Assembly: GCA_965202585.1 (NCBI GenBank)
Contig: OZ241829.1
Location: 32,178,001 to 32,242,000, forward strand
Length of the DNA stretch: 64,000 nucleotides
Direction: 5' to 3'
DNA from: Thalia democratica
Taxonomy: Eukaryota
The notes beneath the pieces were generated by a model. That model made no database searches. It was not told the DNA's origin and worked only from the letters and a program-made list of their open reading frames with translations. Both the position numbers and the translations under genes were made by a program. Below are positions 35,501 to 47,267 of the stretch, in pieces. Numbering within the stretch: the stretch's first letter is position 1; each line of letters opens with the position of its first letter.

Positions 35501-38500
35501 TTTGATTTATTAGTATTATATTTATAACAGTGTGGCATTGATAACTTTGATATATCATTAAACCTTTTTTTTTTTCTAATAATATAAAAATTTATTAAGC
35601 TCCAATAAATTTTAGCACCTTACATAATGTGCTTCAGCACGAATTCTCATGACTTGCTCATTTGTTTAGCAAGTGACAAAAACAAGTTAGTGTTTCTTAA
35701 TTTCCTTGAAACTGTTTGCCAAGCGTAAACATTTGCTCAATTGTTAATTTCAACTTGAAAATACACTTGACCCATTCTCGATATTTCCAACTTTCTGCTT
35801 GTGGAGTGTTATTCTAAGATTATATGGTTTTGTTGCTTTTCGAGGCGAAATACAAGTAATACTGCTGTGGAAGTCATTGTGCGTGGCATTTGAGGTCGAT
35901 CATTTAAATGTATATAAAGTTTGTTTTGATCGCTTCACCAAATGCGTATGAAAAGCTATTATATTTCAAAATTTAACTTTATTCGTAGCTTTGAAACTTT
36001 TTTTATAGTTCGCATACAAACTTGAGTTTTGTTCGTGTTTATTTACGGAAGTTTGTCTATTCCAGTCAAGATAAACAAAAATAAACAAGATCTAAAATAA
36101 AAACCGCTGTTTTAATATAGGCTATTAAGGCTTAAAGCAAAGTATAAATTTCCTTCGAAATATTTGAAAGTTTCAATTTTAATGTGGTTTTTAGTTACAT
36201 AAAAATCATACTTTTTTTTTTTAAATGCCTCAAAGCAAAGTTTTGTGTAATTTAAAACTGTATTTAGAATTGTTTTTTAAGATATATGCTGATGAACTCA
36301 AGTTATCATTTTTTTGTGCTAAATGTTATTAAAAGTAAGCATTTGTTGCTTTTGTTATTTAAATTAAAGTTGCTTTTTGTAAAATTTGGCATTTTATACA
36401 GCTTACAACTTATTTTTTGTTTACAATCTTAATTTTCATTAAATTTTCATACTAAGTGCGTAGTCTAACACTTTTAATGTCATATAAAAGACCAAGTTAT
36501 TTACTTTTATCACTTAATGTGCTGAACCCACAGTTTTCATCCAAATGCAGTTAAAGTTCAAACATCAAACTTATAAATAAGTGTTGAAGTTTTTTAGTAC
36601 ATATGAAAAGTGAAACACACAAGCGATGACGTTTGCTTCAAAAACAACTTGTGTATCCGAAATGTAGAAAAAAAATCATTAAAGTTTATGTTTAAAGACC
36701 AACGTGACAATGGTCACGAATTTTTATCAGTTTTTTGTAAAAAAAACGCACGTGCGTCGCTCTGCATGATTGAAGTTCAAATTTAGCTACTCGGGTGCAT
36801 TAGTTTTATGTGTATCTGTTCAACCTTGTAATTTTACCAGTGTATCTTATGCAGTAAATATCAGACATGTTTAGTTTATACAAGGTCGTCAATTATACAT
36901 TCTGCACTGTGTTGTTCTGTATATAAATTTTACCAGTGTACGTTGCACTCCAACAAGTTTTATTTTGGTAAAGGCGCCTAACATGCATTCAGCACAATGA
37001 CTAGTCAAAGTTTTTAGTTTATTTCCTAAAATAGATTTTAAGGAGAAACACACACCTAATATGTCTTTAACACCTTCGGGCAGTTCTACTTGGATAAAAA
37101 AAATTGTTTTGTAAGTTTTTATTGTTTAGTTTTGGTTAATTTATGTTTTATTTTTCAAAATACACTAACTGTAAGCCTAATTTGAACTACAAAAAACTAA
37201 CATTTTCTTTTGATAATTTAATCTACATTTTATTGAAAAATTCTTTACAGATCATTAACCGTAATTACTTAATTTAATTATTCTAGTAATGTAATAACTT
37301 TGCTTACATTTAAATAACTTGAAAATTTATTAAAAATTAAAAAAAAACTTTTTATTTTTAAACTTTAATTTATTTTATAGAACCTGTTTTTTTTTCCTGA
37401 AAATTTATGTTGTGTAACCTATCAATTACAAAACTGAACATAAGTTTTTAGCGTAAAAACTTAAAAAACTTATTTTTTATCACAGTTATCGTAAATTGTA
37501 CCAGTATTGACCAATTTATATGTAATAATTACTAATAAAACTTCTATAAGCAAAATATTAGATACATGATATTCTAGCTTCAAAGTTGCTTAAGCTTAAT
37601 TTGATTTGATAAAAAAATAATATTTCAGTTTTCAACTTGATATCAATTAATTTTATACGTTTACGCACAAGTTTATTTTAAAAAGTCTTCTAAGTTTTTA
37701 AAATCGGGTAAAAGTTGTGTTGTAAAATAGCCATTTAAATACTGTTAAACATTCTTGATTAATTTTCTAGACATCTTATTTAGGGGTGAGCAACGTACAG
37801 CTCACAGGCTGGATGCGCAAAAAGATAAAATAGCGCTATTAGAAAAAAACAATGTAAAAAAATGTGCTTATAATTTGATTTTTAATACTTAAAACAATGC
37901 TTAAAAGTTATTATTTTATCAAAAATTTTCTTTTAAACAGGTTTACAAATTTATATATACTCTATTTTTTAAATTACGCTTCTGCTATTTATTTTATAAG
38001 TTTGCCCCACAAAGACTTTTTTTTGGGAAACTTGACTCGCAGACTGAAAAAGTTACCCACTCGTTATTTAAACCATTAATGTTTTACATTTACGCTAAAG
38101 ATGCATATCAAAAACAGTAGTTTTAAATTCAGTATGTTATGAAATAAATAATCTATGTAAGTTTGTTGTTTGCAAAAAAAACTCTTTGGTTCTTCAGTAC
38201 AGACCATTAAAGTTATTATTATAATAACAAGAAGAAGTTCTACAACGTAATAAACTTTGTTTCTAAACATTACAGACAGGACTCCGGCAGGCAACGCGTT
38301 CCTGGCAATTTTCATCGTCATTCTGGTCATCGTCTGCCTCATTGTCGTCGTCAGAGTCGTGCAGAAAAAGTTTGTTTTCGTTACTGCTTTTAAATAACAT
38401 CAAACGAAAAATGATAGTTTTGTGCACACCTGATTAAAACGCTTAACTGTGGGCGTCAGAGTCGTGAAAAAAAAAGTCGAAAAGTTTGTTTACTCGATTG

Positions 38501-41238
38501 TTGTTCTAAGAAAACATAAAATGAGCAGCAACACCTTTATGTACTGCACGCTAATTTAAATCTGTTGCAGTATTTTTAATTTTATGAAGAATAGCTTCTT
38601 TTAAAATTTACAAATGCTACCTTAAACTAATATTGCGAACGTTGAGAAATATTGGAAGCATATTTTTATTTAAAAATTGTAAATAATTGTAAAAACAAAA
38701 TTTGATTGCAAAATGTAGCGCGCATAGTTGAGAGTGGGTGTGAAGTAGCATTTTATTTTATTCCAGTGCGATTTGTTGAAAGAAACATTAATGAATAATT
38801 AATAGGTTCTCACTTGTTTACTGCATAACCGTTGTTGGTTTTGAACAGCTTTTGTTCAGTGAACTTAGGTTTGATTATGTACAGCATATTAGTCTTGAAC
38901 ACGAAAGTTAACAATATTACGTACTTCCGCTAATGAGCAGTTCTGCTGTTTTAAATTGTTAAATATGTTATTTGCAACGTAATCATTAGTCTTAATAATT
39001 TTATGTTTTTCAATTAACTAATTTAAAGCACTTATTGAACACAAAAACATATAAATTGAAATAAATAATAAAAATGTATATCTGAATGAAGAAGATTAAA
39101 GTAAAAATGTAATTGCTCATTAAAATTTTTTTCTCAAAATAAATTGCTCATACATAAAGTTTGACTGCTGATTTTTCATTCTTAATTTACATACTGGCGT
39201 TTTCCGGGTATTTTAGCGGAAAGTTATTTTTTATGTCTGTTACAGTAAAGAAAAAAGAATGATATTGAAAATTTTATGTAAGAAAAGCTTCAAAAAAATA
39301 AAAAAGCTATAGTCCCCTCTATCGTTATTTTTTATGACTCATGTAATAAAATCATTTGTAGAAAGTACTTATACACAACTTTATAATTATTTTTTACAGA
39401 CAGGTAAGGCATTTAAAAATATCTTTTTTTGCATTCATTTACGTATAAAAGATTTTTTTTTATTGTTCATCAAACCTGAGAAATATGTTTATAGTTTATT
39501 ATGTAATTTATTTTTCTGCTTTTAATAACTGTATATCTAAAAATTATATTATTACATGACATTACCTGTACAGAAGTTTAATTAGTTTTTGTTCGTAAAT
39601 AAATAAGTTGCGTAAACCCAAGTCGCTGGTCATGGAAAGCTTAATGTTTGAACTCATCGTGTTATATACTTAAAAATAAATTAATACTTATCATCGTTTT
39701 TAATATTGATAATTTTATTTGACTTCTAATTTTGTCAATGCAAGTTGTCGATAGTTTATAAATTAGAGAAAAGGTACAACTTCGAATTGGTATAAGGAAA
39801 CTATAGCAAAAACAAGTTTAAAAAAGTTCAGGTTTTTTTTTGTAGTTCATATTTTTATCTTTCTTCTGAAATACACCTGTTACAAACTTCATTATTAAAA
39901 AATATAGTTTAAGAAAATAATTGGTATTAAGCCTTTAGCAATTAAGAATAAATAAATCTGCAGTTTGATGTATATATTTTTTATTAATTTCCTGATATGT
40001 TTTTAGCTAACAAATAAAAGGATAATACAGTCACCTCTCGCAAATCTACTCACATTTTGTCCACAACAATAGTGCGTAAATAAACGAGAGCTAGCAAAAA
40101 TACCCATTATATTGCATTATTTTCTTATTATGCATTAGATTAGATATAGTTTGGGAACTTTTCCACTTATCTGTTTACAAAAACAGTTTTCATTCAATTT
40201 AGACATATTTTAAAAAAGCTTTTTAATAAAAGTTGGTCATGTGTATACAAACTATTAATTTCTACTTTGTTTCTTGCTCACCTAAGATTAAACTTGTCTT
40301 AAACCTTATTAAAGAAAAACTTTCTCTAATACTATGCAAGAAAAGTTTAATCTTAGTTAGGTAAGAAACAAAGTAGTTTTTTTTTATTGAAATTAAACTT
40401 TAAGCCATTAATACTTTGAAGAAGTGAACATTGTTTTATGTAAAGGTATAAAGGGGGTTTAGGACATTTAAGATATAAAGAGCAAAGCCATAGAGTTGTT
40501 AGGTTCCTTATGGAAGGCAAAAACTAATAATTTAAAAATTTATTTTCTACAAAAAATCTGTCTCCTCTTTTCTAAATATTTACATTATTTTTTTTTTGAA
40601 ATGTTCCTTTTGTTATTATTGCAAAAATACTTTGAATCCTATAAACTTTTAGAAATACCTAAGTTTGACATTTTAGACAAAAAAAACTAGTAAAACTTGG
40701 AATTTGCAAATTAAAAAAAAAGAACTTTGAAATTTTTCAAAATACAATCAATACATGAAAAATTAAATAAATTGTTAAATCCATACATACAATAAATTAA
40801 CAATATTGAAAACTTTTCAATTTATTATTTTTGTATTTTTTAAGAATTCCAAAATGCGTAACTAAACAAGAAGATTTGTGAGAGGTGACTGTATTTTTAT
40901 ATTTAAGCTATTTTTTACTGCTGTGTTATAAAGTAAAATTAAAATTCTACTAACGTACTCTACTACTTTTTCAACTCAACAATGTTTTTTGACTGGATAA
41001 AATTTGAAAAACAGTTTCTTGATAAAAAAAAATAATTTAATTTAACTTTTTTATTTATTTGAACTACAAACTGGTATCGCAAAAGTAAAAATAAATTCAA
41101 AGGAGACGACAGAAGGCTTACCAGCAACCGCAGGGAAGCAACATATCGTCGAGGAGTGCGCCAGCCAACGGACAGAATCAGGACTTCCAAAACCCCATCT
41201 CCTTTCCCAGCTTCAAGTACGACGACGACATTTTGTAA
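29559..41238 (+). CDS. Type-I transmembrane mucin/sialomucin-like glycoprotein
   Basis: Exons: 29559-29601 (signal peptide MEYRFILFFLAFLVG), 30714-30746, 31462-31956 (5' boundary ambiguous), 32020-32190, 34721-34762, 38276-38369 (TM AFLAIFIVILVIVCLIVVV then RVVQK), 41103-41238 (tail KRRQKAYQQ...DFQNPISFPSFKYDDDIL*). Ectodomain introns are all phase 1 and the TM-tail intron is phase 2, all consistent. The ectodomain is T/S/A/P-rich with many N-x-S/T sequons. Confidence 0.85.
30036..30072 (-). ncRNA. Hammerhead-like motif antisense within mucin intron 1
   Basis: Minus strand reads TATTT-CTGATGA-GCCTTACTAT-GAA-AGTACT-A-AAATA. Stem I is 5 bp, stem III is the palindrome AGTACT and the site is UA. 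Stem II does not pair. Confidence 0.45.
31624..31880 (+). repeat. Coding internal duplication (~42-aa unit x2) in the mucin exon
   Basis: TTASTA…STTPSIDTATVS(T/A)NTNASTAL…TAT(K/T)PSI(D/N)TDA occurs twice. Confidence 0.8.
32048..32170 (+). repeat. Coding tandem repeats: 21-bp STPVTNS x2 followed by 15-bp ASPTP x~5
   Basis: Directly visible units TCTACTCCAGTGACAAATAGT and CTAGTCCTACACCAG. Confidence 0.9.
32752..33107. mobile_element. CAGGGTTGCCAC-family MITE with a damaged right end
   Basis: CATGGTTGCCACTTTACCTGG…GAGTGGCAA with the family's internal sequence. No TSD recoverable. Confidence 0.8.
40028..40891. mobile_element. Tc1/mariner (pogo/Tigger-like) non-autonomous element
   Basis: 20-bp TIRs CAGTCACCTCTCGCAAATCT / AGATTTGTGAGAGGTGACTG (one mismatch), flanked by TA on both sides. 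Confidence 0.85.
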
Positions 41239-42533
41239 AAATGCGACTCGTTCTTTTAAGTTCGACTCGTTAAACCCACCTAATCGTTACTACCTGTTCT
41301 GTTTTCAATCTCAGATGAATTCAAGCTTTTTATTAAATAGTTTTTTTTTTATAATTTATTATAACATAATTTCAACTAAGTTTTATCGGAAATACTCGTT
41401 AACTGAAATTAGTTACATGACAAACAACCAAACAATTTTAATTTCTTTAAAAATGCTAATTAACCCTGTTAAGTTCTGTGTATTTGTCATATTTATCCGT
41501 TACATTTTGAAATTTGTACAAAAAAGTTCGGTGTCTTTGTTATGCAATTACAGTTTGCCACAACCCAAACTTTGTTCTTTCGGAAATTTTAAACTTTGTT
41601 GCGTTTTTACGGCAATTTTTTTGTTGGTTATTGTGTTTCAAATACAGCGTTTTGCCTTAAAAGCCATTGTAAAATTAATTGCTGTAGAGGTTAAAATGTA
41701 CCTAGAGGAATCCGTAACAACTTTTATCTCAGTTATTTACAAAACAGTAACAATTTATTGGTACACACTGTTCAAACCTCTTTAGAACACAAATTTATAT
41801 ATAAATACTTTTTTTCAGTTTCTGAATTATTAAAAGTAGCAGTTTTCGGAACTTTTTATGTCATTAATTTTCCAGCTAAGTTTTTACTGTTTGTCTTCTG
41901 CAATAAATAAGTTATTTTAGGTTAAAATTTTGTGTTGGTATATTCGCTTGTAGTTTTTTTTTCGTTCTGTTTTTCGTTAAGCTAACACTAACATAATAAA
42001 GCAGTTAATTCTTTTTGTCTTTGTTGTCTATAAATATCAACTAACTTTATTCAAGTACTGTAGTTTTTGCTTTACAGAAACAAAAAAAACACAGTATTTT
42101 AGAACTAGCTGTTATAAATGCAATATCATAATCCAATCAGTTTTACTATAAGACTACTTAACCATTTATTTATATATTAATTTATATTTAGCTTTTACGG
42201 ATTCAAAATCAGTGAATTTTAACTTACTATTTTTATGAATTTAATATTTTTTAATGTTTTTTTTTTGTAAAGTAAAGTTTTTCTAAAAGGTTATAAAAAT
42301 TGATTGAATTAAGATTAAGCTTTTTTTGATAAGGCTCACAGTTATTTAGTTACAATCACATGGAAAACTAATTTTTTTAATGCTTTATTTTAATACTAAT
42401 ATGTGAACATATTTAGGGATAGATTGAAAACTCGTTTTTTTTTTGTGATCTTTTCAAACTAACTTTAAAGTAACATTTTTCAAAACAATATTCATTATAA
42501 ATTTAACACCAGGTCCAAACATCTACATATTTA

Positions 42534-42815
42534 GGGTGAACGACTACTCAGATTTGAACAAATAACATTTTTTAATAATTTTTTATATATTTATGTTATT
42601 ACTGTTACCCCTACCCTCGATCGGAAGCATTTTTTTTTTAATTTACCTTATAGTTTTCTTTTTTATAATAGTCTTTTTTTTTGGTTTGTTTTTAATTTTA
42701 CTAACTTTGTCACCCCTACCCTTGATTGATTGGTTGTTTTTTTTTTAATTTTTTACTCTCGTGCAAAAATGACCTTCTGTGCAAAACTCTCACTCGTCTA
42801 ATTTAGACCCGTTCC
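42534..42815. mobile_element. Composite MITE remnant: GGGTGAACGAC-type left end, two ~110-bp array units, GACCCGTTCC right end
   Basis: The left end resembles the TIR of 21113-21534, the middle resembles 50020-50300 and the right end is shared with 22737. No clean TSD. Confidence 0.55.
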
Positions 42816-45453
42816 TATTTTTATTATATATGTTTTAGTTTAAAGTTAGCTTATCTTGTTTGTAGTATTTAATCAATTGAATATCAAAACAGAAGCAACA
42901 GTTTCTTCTTTTTAAAAGATAAAAGCAGCTTTGTTCTTATTGGTATAATAAAAAAAAACGAGTTTTAAATCCACCCCATATTTAGCGTATTAGTCGCAGT
43001 AATAATCTTTGACAATTAATATAAATATTATTTGAATATTCATTCGATAACCCTGGTGTACGATTCAGCAACCGAAAGCTTCCTTTGTAGACCAAATCCT
43101 TAAACTAAAATTTTTGAGAGCTCTTTTATAGTTCAATAATTCATATGATGTTAACAATGATCCTAACAAAAAAATTTCTTTGAAATATAACAATAATAAT
43201 GTTAAAGGACTTAATTTATTTAAAGTTTTATGTGGTATAATCAGCACATCTATACGGAGTTCTGAAAAAAATATAAGTTAACGTGTATTATTGTTTTATG
43301 TTCATGAATCCAAACGTATAAAGTATAATTATATAAGTTAATAATTACAACGTTATGTTAGTTACTCATGTATTAGTTTCAAACAATAAAATTCTATCAT
43401 AGTGCTGTAAAACTTAATGTAATACAGTTTTTTTAATATATGAAGCCGTTTAAGTATAGGATAGTTAATCAAAAAAATCAACTAATATTTTAAATTACTT
43501 TGATCATTTGAATACATGCTTTCTTTAAATTTAAAAGATAACACTCGAAAATTAAATAAAGTGTTGGCTAGTCAAACAGGAAGTATTTGTTATGCTAGTT
43601 TGATACGTAGTTTTCAATATTATTTTAACTCGATACTTTTATTGTGCTATTTAATATATAGTCTTCTTATACTTCCTTTTTGACTAGGCTATCCCTGTTA
43701 TTTTTTTTTTTGTTTTCTTTCAATTTTAATTTACAGCGTGTTAAAATGACAGAAAATCTTCTTCTTTTTCCTTGCAAAAATTATCAACAGGAAGTTTTTT
43801 ACTGCATACTTAAATTAATGTATTCACTTTTATTTTTACATTTAAAAAAGTAATGTCGTTTTTCTAATGGTATAACAACTTGAAAAAAAAAAGTGGTAGT
43901 TTTTTACATACATTGCTTTGTTTATTGAACGACAGAAAAATAGCGTTCAAAATATTTGGTCCTAGAACCTGGTGCACGAAGAACCTTTCGGTTGTTAAGT
44001 CGTACACGTGTTGGATACCTTTTAACGTCATATTCAGGACAATGTGCTGTATATTTACTTTTTAAAGACAAAATTAGTAGATTATAATATTTATTTTGAC
44101 TATAAAGTTTAGTAGTAACAATAAAAAAATATCAAGTACGTTACTGAGTAGTTAAACGATATAAAAAGATGCAATTCATAAATAAAAATACTGTTTTAAA
44201 ATGGAGTGCAAAATATTTTGAAAAATGATATTTATCTGCACTTGGCTATTTGTGCTCATACTTTTACAAAATATTAAAAAATAAATTTAACATAACGGGA
44301 AAAACTAAAAGTTATACGTAATTTAACAATAAATAGCTAAAGTACTTTGGTTTTATAACTTTTTTTGACCTAGGGTTTTGCATAAGAGAATTTTTTTTCA
44401 TAGTTTTCGATTACTATCATTTAGAAAATTTTGGAATTTTAAAGTTGAAATAAAGCAACTTAAATTCATGTGAAATTCAAATCAATATAAAAATTACAAT
44501 TGAACACTTTTTAAACGACTTTTAATTAGAATCAAAAACTATTTTTTTTAATGTTCTTTTTTTTATAAATTATAACTTTTTGCTTATTGATAATCTTAAA
44601 TATATTCTACGTACATTTAATGAAAAAAACCTACTTTAGTACTTCTATAATGTTTTGATTTAAAAAAAGCTTATTTAAGTTAATTTCGAATTATTATACT
44701 TTTTTTACCTAAAAAATTTTTAGATAAAGTTTTTTATCAAAAGTTTAAAACCGTATATTGAAAATACTAGTAAATATAGATATGATTACTAAAACAATTA
44801 TTTTAAATTTAACATATATTCTACTACAACCTTTAAATAAACTAAAGCAGCTAGGGTTTTACAATTTACTCAGATTTATGCTTTAAAGTTTGGAAATTAT
44901 GAAGAGTTAAGAAAATTTTGTAAAAGTTGTAAGGCTACCGTACACTAATTCTTATATATTTCATAAGCATTTAGTAAAAAACTTTTTTGCATTAAAGATT
45001 TATTGTAAAAAAATATATTATCTTTATTTTTAAACAAAGTTGTAAGCACAAAGTCTAACCTGCTGACTTATGTTTTTATTTTTAAATGAGCAAGCTTTAC
45101 TTTAGACTATATAAACAACAAGTTTCATGTTTTACAATAAATTTTAGATGAGCGTTTAAGTTTTTTTTTTATTTTGGGTAAAAGATTCACACGGTATGTT
45201 AATTAAATTTTAAAAGTAAAACAACTATAACTAAAATTTATAAAGTTAACTATTAAACTAGAAAAACTCTAAACTAAACATTTTTTCGAATTACAAACCA
45301 AAGGTCCTGCTTAGTTTTTTTTTTGTTTAGGAGGTATCACTATTGGTTTAAATAATATAATTTTTATTAAGAGTTTGTTTTAAGGTGGCACGAACTTGAA
45401 TTGGCTCATTATAGTTGTTTAAACGATATTTTATTGAGTTTGTGTTTTATTAC

Positions 45454-45631
45454 TAGTGATGTACCGGACCCACAATTTGGGTCCGGCCGGACCCGGATAG
45501 TTTTTCCAAATTAGGATCCAGCCGAACCCGGATCCGGATTTTTTTTTCAAATCGAGATCCGGCCGGATCCGGATATCAGACAAATTGGCAATATCCGGCC
45601 GGATCCGGAATGTGATTCCGGTACATCACTA
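45454..45631. mobile_element. hAT (Ac-type terminus) MITE
   Basis: Perfect 15-bp TIRs TAGTGATGTACCGGA/TCCGGTACATCACTA, CCGGATCCGG subterminal repeats, flanks TTTATTAC/ATTATTAC (7/8). Confidence 0.9.
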
Positions 45632-46096
45632 ATTATTACTTGAGTACTGTTCATACAGTTACTGAAAACTTGCTGTATTATTTTAAAGCAGAAGCGTGTT
45701 TAGAATGATTTCCAGGATTCTGTGCGACCACTGTACAAAAATAAAAATTCAATAAAAGAAAAGTTTAAGTTATATAATGAAAACTTTACTTACTTTAAAA
45801 AAATTATTTTTGTTATTTTACAAAAAGTTTAAAAATTTTTATACAAGAATATAAATAACAAAATGTTATAACAACATGTGAAAAAAATCATGTATCTTAA
45901 AAAGAAGGTTCACTTTTGTGTTGTGCACTACTTAAAAACAGTTTAAAGTTAAATTTTATTTGATTTTATAACAAATATGTTTTGCGAGCCTGTTTGTAAG
46001 AAATAACAGATTTTTTTGCTATTATTGAACCAAATATTGAGATTTTTATTTTAATTTATAGCTGTTAAAGTTGAACTATACTTTTTACTTGTAGAA

Positions 46097-47267
46097 CAGT
46101 GGTTCCCAACCTTTTTGATGCCCCGCACCCCTAAAGTCTGTTAATTTGATCTCGCACCCCTAACACTATATGCTTTAACTATTTATTAATTACTATCATT
46201 CACTTCCTTATCTTTGACATGATTAAGTACTAATTAAATAAACTGTATTCTAAGAAAAATAAAAAAGTTAATTACTAAGAATTTTTTTTTTCATAAAGTT
46301 TATACAAAAACAATGCTTCATCCTATGACTTCGTCATTTAGTTTTTTAAGATTTGAAAAAGTACTAGAAGTGAGGAAAAAGCACTAGAAAAGTAATAAAT
46401 AATAGGCTTAAACTTAAAACTATACTTTTTATACATTTTGTTATGAATATATGTACTTAAAAAATAAAAATCAGCTGTTCTAAGTTAAGCTTATGTAATC
46501 TTTTATTTTCAAAACTATTAGCAGCTAGGAGGTTTCAAAATAATAAAGGTTTAAGTTAAGATTTTTAAAAATTAAAAGATGTTTAGTCTTAAGTTGTCAA
46601 AAGGTATGTATAAAAGCAAATACAAAAAAAGTTTGTATGCTTACAACATAAATATAAAAAGGTAAACGGTTTAAGTTCAAAAAAGGAATGAACAGAAATA
46701 AAGTTGATAACTTTTGCTGATTTATAAAAATTGGTTTCACTAAAGCTAAAAACAAGTTTTATTAAATGGTATAACACACAGTAATTGCTGAGAATTTGTA
46801 ATTTACTGATGTTAAATCTTTAAGCACCACTTTCTGCACAACTAAGCTTAAAAAAAGATTACATTATAAATGATATCTAATGCATTTATGCATTTATGAA
46901 TGCTAGCTCATAAACTGTTTTAAACAATTAATGGCCAGTTAAGAAAATAAAATATTTAAAGAATAAATGATTAAAATTAAAGGTGTAAAACTCTAAGAAG
47001 GCTTTACTGAAATTTTAATTATAAACTAACAGCTATTAATAAAAATATTAAAATGAATTTCCTTCTAGAAAAGCGCTCTTGCTCTATGACGTATTAACAA
47101 AATTTATTTATTCAGAAAATTATAGCGCCACCTTCTTTTTATAACAAATTGTACTTTTTAACTTTATAAACTTTATCAGAGAATGAAAATCCCTTCTTTA
47201 TCATACAAAAATGAAAAGCCATCTCGCACCCCCAAGGGGTGCGAGCACCCCTGGTTGGGAACCCCTG
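46097..47267. mobile_element. hAT Charlie/Buster-type non-autonomous element (1171 bp)
   Basis: TIRs CAGTGGTTCCCAACC/GGTTGGGAACCCCTG, exact 8-bp TSD TTGTAGAA (nnnTAnnn), CGCACCCC subterminal repeats. Confidence 0.9.

Noticed and set aside
35858-35880. TAATACTG seed of miR-8/200 family
   Set aside because: The rest does not match the mature miRNA as I recall it, and no complementary 5' arm lies upstream.
37783-38010. Charlie-like MITE ends (TAGGGGTGAGCAAC…AAGTTTGCCC), and CAGGGGCGGCT at 22787
   Set aside because: The opposite termini and TSDs are too decayed to define boundaries.
41156-41785. Longest tracked ORF (209 aa)
   Set aside because: It starts out of frame in the mucin last exon and runs into AT-rich 3' UTR. 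The F/L/I/K composition is typical of non-coding AT-rich DNA.
860-41910. AATAAA polyadenylation signals after the three stop codons (~866, 19777, ~41902)
   Set aside because: AATAAA is very frequent at this AT content, so the functional sites cannot be chosen without 3'-end data.
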